In this document: positions 34,162 through 47,749 of the stretch, one piece after another
Position numbering within the stretch: the first letter of the stretch is position 1
Layout: the number at the start of each line of letters is the position of its first letter
The notes under the pieces: generated by a model
Seen by the model: only the letters and a program-made list of their open reading frames with translations
Databases searched by the model: none
What the model was told of the DNA's origin: nothing
DNA from: Podarcis cretensis
Taxonomy: Eukaryota
Direction: 5' to 3'
NCBI GenBank assembly: GCA_951804945.1
Contig: OX638159.1
Span: 30,690,001-30,754,000, forward strand
Length of the DNA stretch: 64,000 bases
Translations under genes and position numbers: made by a program

Positions 34162-36972
34162 TGGTTAACGAGCATTTGAGTGTTCAGAAACTACCCAATC
34201 CCAGAAAGTCAGTTCAGGGTTTATTCAAATGGAGTACAGGTCAGATGGGTGAAGGGAAAAAATAGCAAGTTTGCAGCTTGAAACAGAAATGAAACACTCT
34301 ACCAGAATATTGGTCTCAATGCTGCATATGAAACATTGCAGAATTTACTCTCAGTGGTCACCTCTGACACTGGGCTGGATGCTTCCGGCATCAGTTGTGG
34401 GGGGGGGGGCGGCGGCAAGGGGGACAAAGGCTGCATTGCCACGGCCCATGTTGAAGGACATAGGAGGACCCATCTTGGGCTTAAATGCCAGCTGGCAGGC
34501 TCCAGCTAATCAAAGCTCAAGTCACATTTTCCAGGTAGCCAATGGACACTTTGGGGGGGGGGGAGTTGACACCTTTGGGGAGGTGGGAAAGATGGCCACC
34601 TGGTGTGAGTTATCACTGGGTTTCTGCCTGTCACTGCCAGACAGCACCTGTTAATGCATGTCTGGACTTTAAGTCTTGCACAGCAGAAGATGTGCCTAAG
34701 CCTCTTAGAAAAGTTTTGTTTGCCATTGAGGGCACATTCTTTCATATACACCCACACCTATTGTGCATTTGTAGAAAATAACTTCCAGGGAGTACCTGAT
34801 TTCAGATGAACCCACCGTAGGAAAAATGCATCCTGCTTGCTGGAAAAAGGAAGGGCAAACTATGAACATTTCAAGGAGTAAAAATGAGACAGAAGCAGGA
34901 AAAATGCACTGGAGGGGAAAACAGCAGCTCTTTAGGGCCTCAGGAACTACCTGGTATCCAAACAACTCATTCATCAGAGCTTTGACTTCACCCGCTGGTT
35001 CAAAACACAAACATGGGAGAAGCCAAGTTGGTTCAACTCACAGAAATCACTCACGAGGGTTACCTGCACATTTTGCTTCATAACTGTAGTTCTAGGGACA
35101 CTAGGGAGGCCCTACTGGTTCTGAACCCAATACTTTAGTACCTGCTGTATCAAACTCTTGACTGCTGTGGAAAAAATAGCACCCACAGGCCCTATCCTGA
35201 ACCCATGCTGGCTGTTGGATCTTTCTGAACATGAAGGAGTTTCCTTTTGCAGTTAAGCCTTGCTTGCGCAACAAAATGTTCCTGAGTAACAGTATGTTCC
35301 CCATGTCCTTTGGCCCTGACTTTTAGCTTGTTCCTGACTTGCCTTAAATTCTGAAGTTCTCTTTAGCCCTGACTACTGGCACCATCCCATATTCCTGGCT
35401 CCTGGTTAATCTCAGACTGCTTCCCATCACCCAGCCCTGCAATGCCTCTCAGAACCTGGAGCTCACATCTCCTGCTGTCCTCCCTCCCCCCCCCCTTTTC
35501 AGTAAAAAGGAAACAGGCATTTCCTATGAAACAAGCCCGTCCATAGTATATCTGTAGATTTGGAACACAACTGACCTTGCAATCACACAAAAAGTAGTCT
35601 GCACCAGTCCTAACTGATGGACATTGCTTGTGTTTACTCAAGTCTAAAATGTACACTAATATGCCTTTGTCTCCCCTTTCAGCTGCAATTTCCTTGGATT
35701 TCACAACCCTCCATTATATCACTGTTTTATGTACTGACAACAACATTAAAAACAGGCTATTCAAGTACATATTTCAGTGCTAATGGCTATGCAGAACAAT
35801 AGTATAAATCCTCAATTGTTTGCCTTTCCCAATTCTTTTGTTTGGGGTTGACACCATAGTAAACATGGGCTGCAGAATTAGGAATAGATGAACTGGTATG
35901 TTACAGGTAATATAGGGAGGAGGACAGATAACAAACAGAATTTCCACCCACAGTAAACACAGTGAAAATCATTTTCTCTCCTTTGCAAGGTAATTTACTC
36001 TGCAGCAAAAGGCAGGTAGAAGGTAGTCTTGTGAACAGAGAGAAAGTGTGTAGTGGTATATACCATGGAGGAAGAAGCTTGGGCCCTGGGACCAAATGGA
36101 GCCCTCCAGGTATCCCTCTCTTGCTCTTGGAAAGCATTGAATTTCCACCCCCACCACTTAGGGCAGGAGTTGGAAACCTATGGCATCCCTGATACTGCTG
36201 GATGCCAAGTCCCACAGTCCCGGACCATTTCCCATTCTGGTTGGGGCTGGTGGGATTTGGAGTCCAACAACATCTTGAGGGCTACAGGTGTTGGAGAAGT
36301 GGTCAGTTCTGAAATGCAGGCACTCTATCACATGCCTCATATAGTTGTGTCTCCATAAAACATGCCCATACTATGATTATGCATCAAAAATGAATTTTTG
36401 ACCAATACAAGCATAATGGCTTCAGTACCAAGCCAGCTTTTGCCTAATGCTGTACCCAGACAGCACTTTTAAACCACATTCAAAGAGCACTGCCCTCCTT
36501 AAAAATTATAGGAGCTGTAGTTGGTTAACTCCATGACAGCTAAACTATAGCCCCCAGAATTCTCTGAGGGGGGGGGGGGGAATGTACTTTGAATGTGCTT
36601 CAAAGGTGCAATGTACAACCGAATTTGATTAATATCCAGCCTGATTAAGAGTTTTGGTGCACTCAAAGCTTTGCTCACTTTTTGTGACACTGGAACTTTG
36701 GGACCAGAATTTTTTGAAATAAAAGTGGGCAGGGTTTTTAAACTGAATTATATAACAAGAACAAAAAAGGACATAACAAATACAGTTGCAATGAGGGGAT
36801 ATATGTCAAAACATAATTACTTTTGCAGAAGTACAAGATTAATAGAGAACAATTTTTATAAGTCACACTTGTGAAGTCCAAATGTCATGCATTGGTACAA
36901 GCAAAGAACTTTGTAGATCACTTGCAGTAGCCTAAGTGATAAGGTTCTTTCTTCCTCAACAGATGTAATATG

Positions 36973-37226
36973 CAGTGGCGGAGGAACCTTCTCCGGCACC
37001 CAGGGCAGGAGGGAGCAAACCGCCCAGTTGCACAGGCGCAGCATCCCATACGGTCGGCATGTGAGAGGTAGCCCGCACGGACAGCATGTGAGCGGTGCCC
37101 ATACTAACTGTGCGCGCCCTTGGCCACTCTACAGCTGGGGGGGCTAGTGGGCCATGTTGTCACCCCACCCCCCAGAGTGGTGCCTGGGGGAACCCACCCC
37201 CTCTGCCCCCCCTTTGTACGCCCCTG
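36973..37226. mobile_element. hAT (Tip100-like) MITE, 254 bp
   Basis: Ends CAGTGGCG / CGCCCCTG. Perfect 8-bp TSD GTAATATG (36965-36972, 37227-37234). Confidence 0.88.
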
Positions 37227-40200
37227 GTAATATGCATGCAGAAAGTGACACCTGAACCCTTAGCCATGCATATAATATAACCTTCCTCTTCCTAGTTTAT
37301 CTAGTGGGTTTCTCTTTGATAAAAGCTTGCTTATTTGACGTGCAGAGGATTGGCTAATCATACTTCAGGAGTTGACATCATTGTCTCCACTGTAAAGTAA
37401 GCAGGGGTGCTCTGTCCCCACTCTCCATTATACCATGGGCTAGAAGGTTTCCAACTCATTTGGGCTGTGGGCTGAGACTGAGAGCTTTGGCTAGCAGTTT
37501 CCAGTAACTCCCGAGTAGAATACAGCTGGAGGAAGGGCAGGGGGCAATTGCCAGCGGTCAGCCTTATGGAGTTGGTGCTCATCCATGGGGGAGCACTGTA
37601 TGGCAGGGGTGGGAAACCTGGGGCCCTCCAGATGTTAAACTCCAATTCCCATCAGCCCCAGCTAGCATGGCTAACAGCCAAGGAGATGGGAGTTGGAGTC
37701 CTGCAATATTCAGAGGCCACAAGTTCCCTACCCCTTCAGTAGGGGATCTCTTACCGCTAGGTCTGAGTGGAAACACTGCCTGTAGCTAGAACTTATACCT
37801 GAAAAAGAAAGCTTATATCAAAGGTCAAAATACCTTTCAGATTTAAAAAAACAGCAACTGCTTCCCACCTTGGTTACCAGAGCTGCTGCGATTGAAAAAA
37901 CTGGCTCCGACTCCACAGTTTCCCCATGATCGAGTACGGACTATACAAGGGCAGATAATCTTACGTCTAGAAAGTTTATACTGAGTTTAAAAATCTTAGA
38001 GGAAAAGTCAGAAAGCAGAGAGAACAAGGCAGTTTTGAATTTAGCAGCCAGATGTTTCTGAGAATTGCTGGCAGATATTCAAAAAAGCCCCCTTTGTATA
38101 CTTTTCCTTGAAACTGCACAGTGCCATTATACAACACTTAGGATTTATGGGGTGCTTTCATAAACAAATGCATGTACTGTCTCCTCTCACCAATACCGTA
38201 CAGTGCCTAATTTGCAAAAGACTTAGTTGGGGAAAGTGAGTTGCAAGAGCCTGTATTTAAAAAGTGCTCTCTCTCCATGTAATCATTCGACAGGCTTTGA
38301 AAATCCAGATCGGACCAGTTGAGTACTGTTTACCAGCAGCTTGGCTCAGAGCTCTGTATCAGACAGTGAGTCACCCTGTTTGCTCAGACTATCTTTGCTC
38401 CGCATTAGACATTTGAAACTCAAACTGCCTGAAGGCTTTGGAACTGGGAAGCAGGGTGTGCTTTATTGTCATTACACGTTGTACTGAAATGCCCCTTACA
38501 GCAAAACAGCACTAGTATTTTTATTTTTCTATAAAGGGAAAAAGTTCGTTAAAAAGGTGTGAGGCTGAAATCTTTAGGTTCCCTTACACCTCGGAGGACA
38601 TAGTTCTGAACTTCACTGACCCAATCTGAATGGAATGTCAAAACTTCCCCTTTACCCCTTACGAAGTTGGCTGATAGCTCCAATTGAAAGTAGGTCTATG
38701 TGCCTGGGTTGTTGCATCCCATTTTGCCACCCCACCCCCATGAAGCCTCCCTTACCCAGGTTGTGTGGCAGTACCCATAAAGCACAGCAGTGACGATGGC
38801 AGGTTTCAGTGAGAACTCATGAGATTCTTGTGAGAGGTCGGCAAAATCTCATGAGATTTCAGCGAGATCTCATGAAATCTCACCAGAAGCCACTGCTTTT
38901 CCCGCCGCTTCTCCACCAGCAACAGATGGGGCACCTTTGGGAGTGCCACCCCTTGTAGTTCCGCCACCTGGGGAGGCTGCCTCAGCCCACCTCATGGACA
39001 GCCCCGGCCTGACATTAGTGGTTTAAATATGGCACAGTTGCTTCCCCTCTGTTGTGTTTCAAGTCACTTTTGCACACCAGAGAGGGGGCAGGGGTTTCTT
39101 TACCTCATAAGCATTACCTGATTTATTTCCCCATGCCTGCAACTCCCCTGGAAGCTACACTAGTTAGCACTAGAGGTGGGAGGGTTCTAGGTCCCTGCCA
39201 GAGCCCTCACACCTTCCGAAAACCTGGCAGGGGTGTGAATGCTAAATTTCAGCCTGGCTCAGGGCACCATGAACCCTGAGCGAGCACCTGGTACCCCTGA
39301 AATCTCACATTGTTCAGAGCTTGGGGTGGTGTGCAACATAAGATACCACACAGAATGTTCATAAAAGATTAAAAGCTTATAACCTTTCTACCGATCAACT
39401 CCATGCTGCAGATTAACTGTTTTAATACATCTTTCAAGCTCCCTGTTTCCTATTAGCCGACAGCCTCTGCATCTCCATGATCTTCTCTTGGCCTTTGCTT
39501 GTTTATATGCTCACAGAACAGCACAAGGACTTCTGGGGGACCAAGTGGTTTCATGGTTACAACCCAAGTTGCATGACACGGCCATCTGTCTAACATGTAA
39601 TTGGCAAGCTGCGGATTCTCTCTGTGGAAAAGGATGCACAGTAAGCAGCCAGCCTCCCGTAGGAAAGTTTGATCCGTTCCACTGACGGTTGCAAAACAAA
39701 TGTCTAATAATAACTTTGCAGCAGCCTGGATTCCCGGTCAGTGTATTTGTTGGCTGTCCCCAAGTGAAAGATTATTACAAAGACCACCTCATAGTCTGTA
39801 GGTGGGGCAGTTGCTGTCTTGCAATCCATCGCACCCATTAGCCTCTCGCATTAACTCAACCCATGGATCTCTGCTGATATGACTTGGAGCCCAATTTCAG
39901 TTCAAAACAATCTCTGAAATGGCATGAGGTAAGCCGCTTCATTTGGATGCCATTAATTTTCTTAACTCATGAATCTAGTAGGTATATTTGTAAACTGCCG
40001 GGAGGTGAACCATATTCTTCTCCTTAAGGCAGCCTGCCAATGGGAAAAACTGACCTGAAGCAGATCTCATTGGCCATGCAGTCAGGAAAATCTAATGTGG
40101 GCAGCTATTTTTCTGGGAACTGTCACTCACCAAGATTTTATTTCACAGTTTTGAATTAATCTTTTCTAAATAAAGCACCAGAGGAAGCAAAAACAGCCAT

Positions 40201-40849
40201 TATATCTGCAAAAGAATGGAAGTAAAATTATGAGGAATGTTGGTAGGTCTTTTTGCCGTGAGGAAAGGGATTGTTTAACACTTAATTCATACATTAGCTC
40301 TGTATCTCTGCCACTAAGTCTAAAATTTTAAAAATTCAAAATGCTAGTGTAGGGCCCCCAAGCTGGATCAGGAACCTAGTTAAGGGTGTAAAGTGGGGTG
40401 GTTTTTTTAAAAACAACAACACCAAAACCAAAAAGCGTTTTGCTCCTGCTATGGTCCCAGTTTGGATTAGGGCCCCATGTCTGCAGTTTGAATTGGAGTG
40501 GATAGGAATAAAATTTGTTTCAACTGAAAGTTCCCGCTATGCAAATTGTCAGCCCCCCAACACCACCAGTTCAGGTCAGGATCATAACAGAGAGCCAAGG
40601 GACTTTATGGACCACTTTAGAGTTCTGCTCTGGATCTTTGGTCACAGATAAAGAGCTAATGTATCATCTTGTTGGACCCTTAAACACCACAGTCTTGCTG
40701 GTGATGGTGATAGGTGCAACTGTGGAAGAGGTCGATGTGTAGCACAATCATGTACATCCATAGCAAGCCAGTTGTATTGATGGGAACTCATGCTAGGAAA
40801 TTGTGTATAGCAGTCTCCCCCAACTTGTTGCTCACTAGATGTTTTAGAC

Positions 40850-40985
40850 CAGGCATAGGCAAACTTGGCCCTCCAGATGTTCTGGGACTACAACTCCCAT
40901 CATCCCCGACTACTGGTCCTGTTAACTAGGGATGATGGGAGTTGTAGTCCCAGAACATCTGGAGGGCCGAGTTCACCTAAGCCTG
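40850..40985. mobile_element. Young palindromic hAT MITE nested in an older related MITE (~40811-41083)
   Basis: TIR CAGGCATAGGCAAACT. Perfect 8-bp TSD TTTTAGAC. The flanks rejoin into a decayed palindromic MITE. Confidence 0.9.
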
Positions 40986-41747
40986 TTTTAGACTAAAACT
41001 CCTATCAGCCCCAGCTGGCTTGGACAACAGTCATGGAAGTTGTGGTCCAAAATGTCTGGAGGATGGCAGGTCAGGGGAAGCTGGTGGTCATCCTGATTGT
41101 TTGCATTAGAGCACAGCATGATTAGTCTAACCAGCAAGAGGTTAGTGTGTGTCCATGAGAATACTAGTGCTTTAAGAAAGGCATTTTTAAGAGCAACCAA
41201 GAAAGAAGCCCCATCTTTTAAGTGTGCATTCCCACTAACAATAAGTGCTTTTAGATCTCCTTGGTTGCAGTGCAGGTTAAACATGTGATTAAGTGCTCCT
41301 CATTGAGAGCAATGATTTAAAAACATACTAACAATTTGCTGGATTATTCCTTAAATGTTTGAGGATTTGAGTGAATAATAATAATAATAATAATTATACC
41401 CCACCCAAACAAAACAAACTATAACTATGTAGCACTGGATAAGAGGATTCATTATGGGCATTTTGGGGAAAGAGGCTTAGGGCTCATATGCACTTTCCTT
41501 TGTCCCATGATTTCTAGCCATGGGTCTGAGAGGTTGTTCTTTTGTCCCACCACTTTCCCCTGGAAAACATGAGGTGTACTGCTGAATCGGATCAAACATC
41601 AATCTGAAGGAAACTCAACTGACATTTGTTCCAATTCAGCAGTAAACTTTGGGTATTCCCGGGAAAAGCAGCAGGGCAAAAGAACCACCTCTTGGACCAG
41701 TGTCTAGGAATCATGGGAGAAATGGAAGTGTGGATGTGCCTTTTTGG

Positions 41748-41883
41748 CAGGGCTTCCCAAACTTGGGTCTCCAGCTGATTTTGGACTACAATTCCCATCA
41801 TCCTTGACCACTGTTCCTGCTAACTATGGATGATGGGAGTTGTAGTCCAAAAACAGCCGGACACCCAAGTTTGGGAAACCCAG
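41748..41883. mobile_element. Palindromic hAT MITE
   Basis: Arms CAGGGCTTCCCAAACTTGGG / CCCAAGTTTGGGAAACCCAG. Same family as 18478-18610. Confidence 0.85.
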
Positions 41884-44477
41884 CTTTAGAGCCATGTGTG
41901 GCTCCCTGCACACACATGCGCACAGCCATGTGGGAATGGCTTCTCCATGGTGCTGACCCACATGCCCATGGTTATATATTGTGTGACAGGGACATTTGAA
42001 TGCTGCTCACGAGGGAGCAGAAAAACACCATCATTAAAGTGTATGCACATCCTAGGGACTTAACTTGCAGACATGGAGAAAGCACAGAGTCTTGTGTGAA
42101 AGTTCACGTTCCTTTGGACAACTCTTCTTGCTCCCGCTCTCCTCATCCCTACCCCGGTTCTGCTGATGCCATTCAGTTTTGCTCCTTCAGCTTGGTACCA
42201 GCTGTTCAGAGGTATGAATAACTGCTCCTCCATCGCTAATGGCATTAGAATTTCCGATACAAATGAAAACCCATCAGTTGTACTCTCACACTGGCATTTG
42301 GAGCCTGTGAGCTGCTCCATCATTGCACAGCAGCTCATGGGACTGGACTCTTTGTTATTATTACCCGACATGGAGTGGCTCCGTTGATTGATTAAATTCA
42401 TCAAATCACTCCCCAAGCCAATAATCTCAAATAAGCAATCTCCTAGTGTTCCTGGATGAGAGGAACACATTTGTTTTATTCCCACTATCCCATGCTTTAA
42501 TCACTCTCTTCATCTCCCTCTGGGCTCTCTTCCTGCGATTTTTCATACACCATTATTTTGCATCAGTACAGTGCAAGAACAACAGCAGCATTTGTTTTCA
42601 GAAGTGATTCAAACTTTTGAAATAAGTCACACAGAGGGCCTCCTCCTTTTACAGATACCACTATAAGTTATTTCACCGGACCTGAGTGGCCAGGCCAAGC
42701 CTGCCTATAATAATAGAATATGCTCAGTTGTGATCTGACCTTGGCATGGAGTCCTAGCCTAGCTTCTTATGCTTGGCATCTACCCAACTAACTTTGTTCC
42801 TGTCATTTAACATTCATGTTCTTTTGGTACCGAGCTTGTAGAATATATGCTGGGTTTTGTCACATCAAGAAATTTGGCATCTAAAAGGAGCTCTTCACTC
42901 AAAGAAACAAAACAAAAGAAACGAACTGTTATCAATAGCAATTCCACCTGGTGCCTCAATAATCAACACTGGGTCCTTGTGCTCTTATAGCATGACTGCT
43001 AAGCTTATTCAGGAGTGTAAGATTTTCAAAAAGCTTTTGAAACCAAAGTACACTGTGTCAATTGTATCACCTCTATCTATGCTTGTTGATATACTCAAAA
43101 ACTAGACATGGAGGTGTCCCCTCCAGCTCAGGATTTCAGAGGTTCGTGAGACAGGACTTAACCTTATAGAAGCCATGCTAGTTCTGCCTCAGCAAGACTT
43201 GTTCTTCTATATGTTTGTTAATTTCATCTTTAACAATTCTTTAAACTTATTTTTGATAGAACATATGTTAAGCTAACTGGGCTGTAATTCTCAGTCCTCA
43301 TTTGTAGAAGCTACATATTTATGGACAAGTGAAATATTTTTGTTAGAAGATCTGCAGTTTCACATTTGAGTTCTTTAAGAACTCTCTGCTGGATACCATC
43401 CCAACCCAAAAGAACCAGCATGATTTCCACAAAAGGAAGCCCTAACTAACCAACCCTTTAAGGTACTTTGAAAGTGTTAACAAGCATATGGAGAGTTTTC
43501 AATAAAGTCCCTCGTAAAAAACTCCCGATTAAGCTTACTACACATGGAAAAGATTCTCTTATCCTTCATGGAGCATAGCAGCTGCCTGGTTATTGTGAAA
43601 ACAGAGTGCAGGTCTAGATCGGATTTTGGTCTGATGTAGCAGGGCTTTTCTATGTTCTTAGGTGGAAAATAGATTATCCTGCTTTACGACTAGAAGATTT
43701 TTTGGACATTGGGCTTGATGAATTTTGAACCTTTCCCATTCATGTTATTGTAAAATATAACTCAGTTGTTCAGCCAGCATCCAGACTTCATTCCTATCGG
43801 CTGCCAATTAGCTGAATTTGAGCTCTGGTGCTTTGTATCAGTTACAAATGCATTCAAAGTAATTATTGTATTGATTGTTCTTCCTCAAAATAGATGTAAT
43901 AGGCAAGCAGTGCAACCAATTCAGCATGGAAATCCAAATAGCAAGTCCCCTAGACCCAGATTTAAACCTGAGGCCAGCTGGATAACTGCCCTCTCCCAAT
44001 TAAAGTCTGCTTACCACATTGATTGCAGACATTAATCTCCGCATTTCTATAAAATACTGTCAGTCAAGGCAGCAATTCCAGGGACATAGGCACCCAAATG
44101 GAACACATAGACAACTGGGCTTTGTGATACAGATTGCAGGACCATGCCCAATGCACTTCCACCAAGATGGCTCAATGCACTGCAGCAGTGTTGTTATGCG
44201 AGTTCTCCAGGGAAATAGAAGTTATGTACCAGGTGCATTCCATTAGTGAACAGCAACGGAAAGTGCAACCTGAATGAACAGACGTTAGACACCCTTTTCC
44301 AGAAAACTGACTATACAGTACATTCAAATACCAATCCTCTGTCACTGAGCAAAGAAATACACATTCTTAGATAAGATTTAGAAGCACTACCTGCTTGTTA
44401 AAGTACCAAGTTCGCCTGGCCCAAGTGAGATGCACATTCACTGATAAACTCAAGCGAAATAGCCAACAGACCCATGC

Positions 44478-44572
44478 ATTACATAAGAGAAGAACATGAG
44501 AAGAGCCGGCTGGATCAGGCCAATGGCTCATCCATTCCAGCCAGCCAGATGCCTGTGGGAAACCTGCAAGCA
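44478..44572 (-). mobile_element. CR1-type 3' end fragment
   Basis: ACATAAGAGAAGAACATGAGAAGAGCCGGCTGGATCAGGCCAATGGCTCATC is the antisense of a (TTCTTATG)n-tailed CR1-like end. Sense copies lie near 43590-43665 and 49480-49625. Confidence 0.6.
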
Positions 44573-44679
44573 ATTCTCAGCAACAGGCATGCAGAGCATG
44601 GAGCCATTGCTGCTACAACTCTGTTCATGAAGGTGTTTGCCCCTCATGCATTTACAATCTAATGAGGGTTGAGAGTCAA

Positions 44680-44960
44680 ATGTCAAGGGGAAGGAAGATG
44701 CAGAATTGCAGCTGAAATGTTATTTAAGGTGAAATTGAGAAAGATAACAAATTTAAATTTAATTGGCTAAAAGGGTTGCTGAAAAACTGTAAAATAAGGA
44801 TGCAAAAAAGGTGAGGTACGGGGAAGTCCGAGAAAGGAGGCTTATGAAAATGAGGTTAAGAATTTATATTTGTGTGTTTGTTTGTATTGGTGGATGTTTT
44901 TATGTCGTTATTGTTTTGTTTTAAAATTGGAAAACTAATAAAAATTATTATATAAAAAAA
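44680..44960 (+). mobile_element. L1 3'UTR-only insertion
   Basis: AAGGGTTGCTGAAAA...GAGGTACGGGGAAGTC motif is related to the L1 3'UTR at ~30145-30215. AATAAA and A-tail present. 9-bp TSD GAGAGTCAA (44671-44679, 44961-44969). Confidence 0.8.
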
Positions 44961-47507
44961 GAGAGTCAACCTCCAGAAAGGCTAGGCGACTCATTGGCCT
45001 TACCGGCTTTGTGGCTTTCTTGATGGCCCATCCCTGCAGCCCTCAATGCATCCAAGTTGAACTTCCACAGTGGGAAACCTGTCCAAGTCACAGAGGTTCC
45101 CTGCATGATTTAGATTCCAAATAATCAGGGTTCTAAATCCCATGGGTGCCCCCTTCACCCTCCAATGCATGAAGGGCTGCAGGAATGTGGGGAACGTGAC
45201 AGGGGGTCCATCAAGTGCACATCTAGTTTCTCCCCCCCCCCCAGTCACAAAACAACTGATAGGTTTTACAATTTTATCATCAGCAGACTCTGTCATTACA
45301 CCCTGCCTTCAAAGTGCTCACTTTGTATGTGAGAAACTGAAGTGTATTCACCCACCCCCTCTGTGCCACTTAATGGGTTCCATAAAAAGCAATCTATAAG
45401 AGCTAATAAACGTCATTCACCTTTTCACTGGGGTGACTGCCTGCTGAACTCTTCCAAGAAATATTTCAGCTATGAATGGCAGAAATAGAATGCATGTGAT
45501 TGGTAAGGAAATCAAGGATGTCAAAGCACTGTCTGGCTTGGAAATGTCAGCTCCCTCAAGCAAGAAGCAGGGTTTGTGTTCCAACAGAATGTTACTCTGA
45601 ATTAGCTAAGTGAAAATCAAGGGAGAGTCCCAGAGCTAGTTAATGGATTGTCTTTAAATAACTGCATAGTCATCACTATAGATAGCCTCATGAAAACGTA
45701 ACTCATCTACATTATGTACCTACACTATACATCCAGTTATAACACTTTGAGAATCATGTCTTCCCCTAAGGAATCCTGGGAACTGTAGTTTGTTAAGCGT
45801 GCTGGGAATTGTAGCTCTGAAAGGTCTCCTCACAACTGTCAGCAACAGGAACAAATAAGAGTTCTCAAGATTCTTTGGGGAAGCCACAGTGGTCTAAGCG
45901 TGCTTTATATGTATGGTATGAACAGATATTGAGGCAGCAGTCCTTTACCCATCTGAATGGCAGAAGGCCCTATTCAAATCAATTGGTCTTTTGAGCAAAC
46001 ATGGATAGAATTAAACTGTAACTCATGTAGTTAATGAGACTAATGGGAACAGATTTCAGAAATCTCTGAAATATAAAATTTCACAGGGTGGGGAGTCCTC
46101 ATTCGTTCCCACCTATTTGCAAAATTGGAATAGAAGCCCATTGGCTTTGATTGGCTAGTTCTCTCATTTAGAATTTCTTAAAGTCCAAACAAGGGTGAAT
46201 TTAGAGGCTGGTGATCTCTTGGGTTGCAAGTTAGCAGGTGTGTACCCCATCAAATTTTTCAACTAGGCTCTCAGAGCTGAAAACAGTAACACAAATGCTT
46301 CACCTTCACTTGTGAAACCAGCTGTGTGGCCAACATTGCATCCTACAAATGCCTATTCAGAAGTAAATCCTATTGATTTCAATAGGACTTACATCCCAGG
46401 TAAGAGTGTGTAGGGCTTCCATCTTACTGTTTGGTTCTGCCCCACCCCATGGGAAATTTTACAAAGTCAGTGCCCACTGTCCATTCAACTAACTCTGGAT
46501 GTGAATGATTGTGGTCATGTCCAGGCATTCAAGCAAATGAAAGGGTCAGCATACAAGTTTAAAATGGGCTGCAAATGCAGCCAAAACTATGTATTTAAAA
46601 GGTGAACAAGACAATCCACACTTGCACTGTTTTTTTGGTATAGAGTTGGGTCTGGGTCCTGGGATGACAGTATAAATGTATATACCAGGAACTTGTTTGC
46701 TTTTACAGTAGTTGATCAAATCCAAATGACTTGTTCAGTGGAGAGCAGGAATTTTGTCTATTTTAACCAGGAACTCACTGGATGTCCTTAGGCAAGCCAT
46801 TCATTCTCAACCTCATTTCCTAACTCTGTTAAGTACTGTAGATGCAATGGCCTATTATGTTGCTTTGCTGTGAATGGTGCCAAGACTGTAAATCTTTTTG
46901 CCCACTTAAATGTATTTTTTATTATTCTGTACTCAATTCTACTCTGGATTTCTTGATTGCTGCAGGTTGCTTACCGGACCTAAACCATCCAACCAGAATA
47001 AAAGGAGAGACTATCAGGGTCAGGCCAGGGCTGTGGTCACTTATGCCCAGGACACAACTTGGGTGTGTCCTCCAGCTCAGAGATTCTGAGGTCAGCAGCT
47101 GGAGATGGAAAACTGAAACTGGAGAAGCAAGAGCTTGAAATGCAGGGACCAGAAGGTACTGGTCTGTTGACAGGCAAAGGGCTGAAAGCCAGGTTCCAGG
47201 TCTGGCCAAATCCAGAGGCTTCATATTGCCAGCTAGTTTCAGGGGCCAATGTTGTACATCCCTGTCCTCTTCTGCACATGAAGCCTTGCCCTACAGAAGC
47301 CATGCTGAATCAAGGTTAGGTCCAAGCCTCAGACCTTGAATTTTTGGTTCAAATCCCAAAGACCTCTTGCACTTCATGAAATTAGTCTGGCAATGTTTGT
47401 TTCTGCACTTCATTTAAAGACAATCAAAACACAACCCATCAGCTTCTAATGCAGGGATAAATGGCTTCTGCTGTTACATTTCCCTGCATATGTTTGGAAA
47501 ATGTATA

Positions 47508-47749
47508 CAGTGGTACCTCGGGTTACATACACTTCAGGTTACATACGCTTCAGGTTACAGATGCCACTAACCCAGAAATAGTACCTCGGGTTAAGAACTA
47601 TGCTTCAGGATGAGAACCGAAATTGTGCTCCGGCGGCACGGTGGCAGCAGGAAGCCCCATTAGCTAAAGTGATGCTTCAGGTTAAGAACAGTTTCAGTTT
47701 AAGAACAGACCTCCGGAACGAATCAAGTACTTAACCTGAGGTACCACTG
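47508..47749 (+). mobile_element. Tigger/pogo-type MITE (242 bp)
   Basis: TIRs CAGTGGTACCTC / GAGGTACCACTG, TA TSD, internal CTTCAGGTTA repeats. Confidence 0.92.

Noticed and set aside
33874-35590. Possible long LTR-like element starting TGTCACA
   Set aside because: No matching right terminus or TSD found.
42060-42485. 141-aa minus-strand ORF
   Set aside because: No recognisable domain, non-ATG start, no convincing splice donor. The sequence looks more like a regulatory element.
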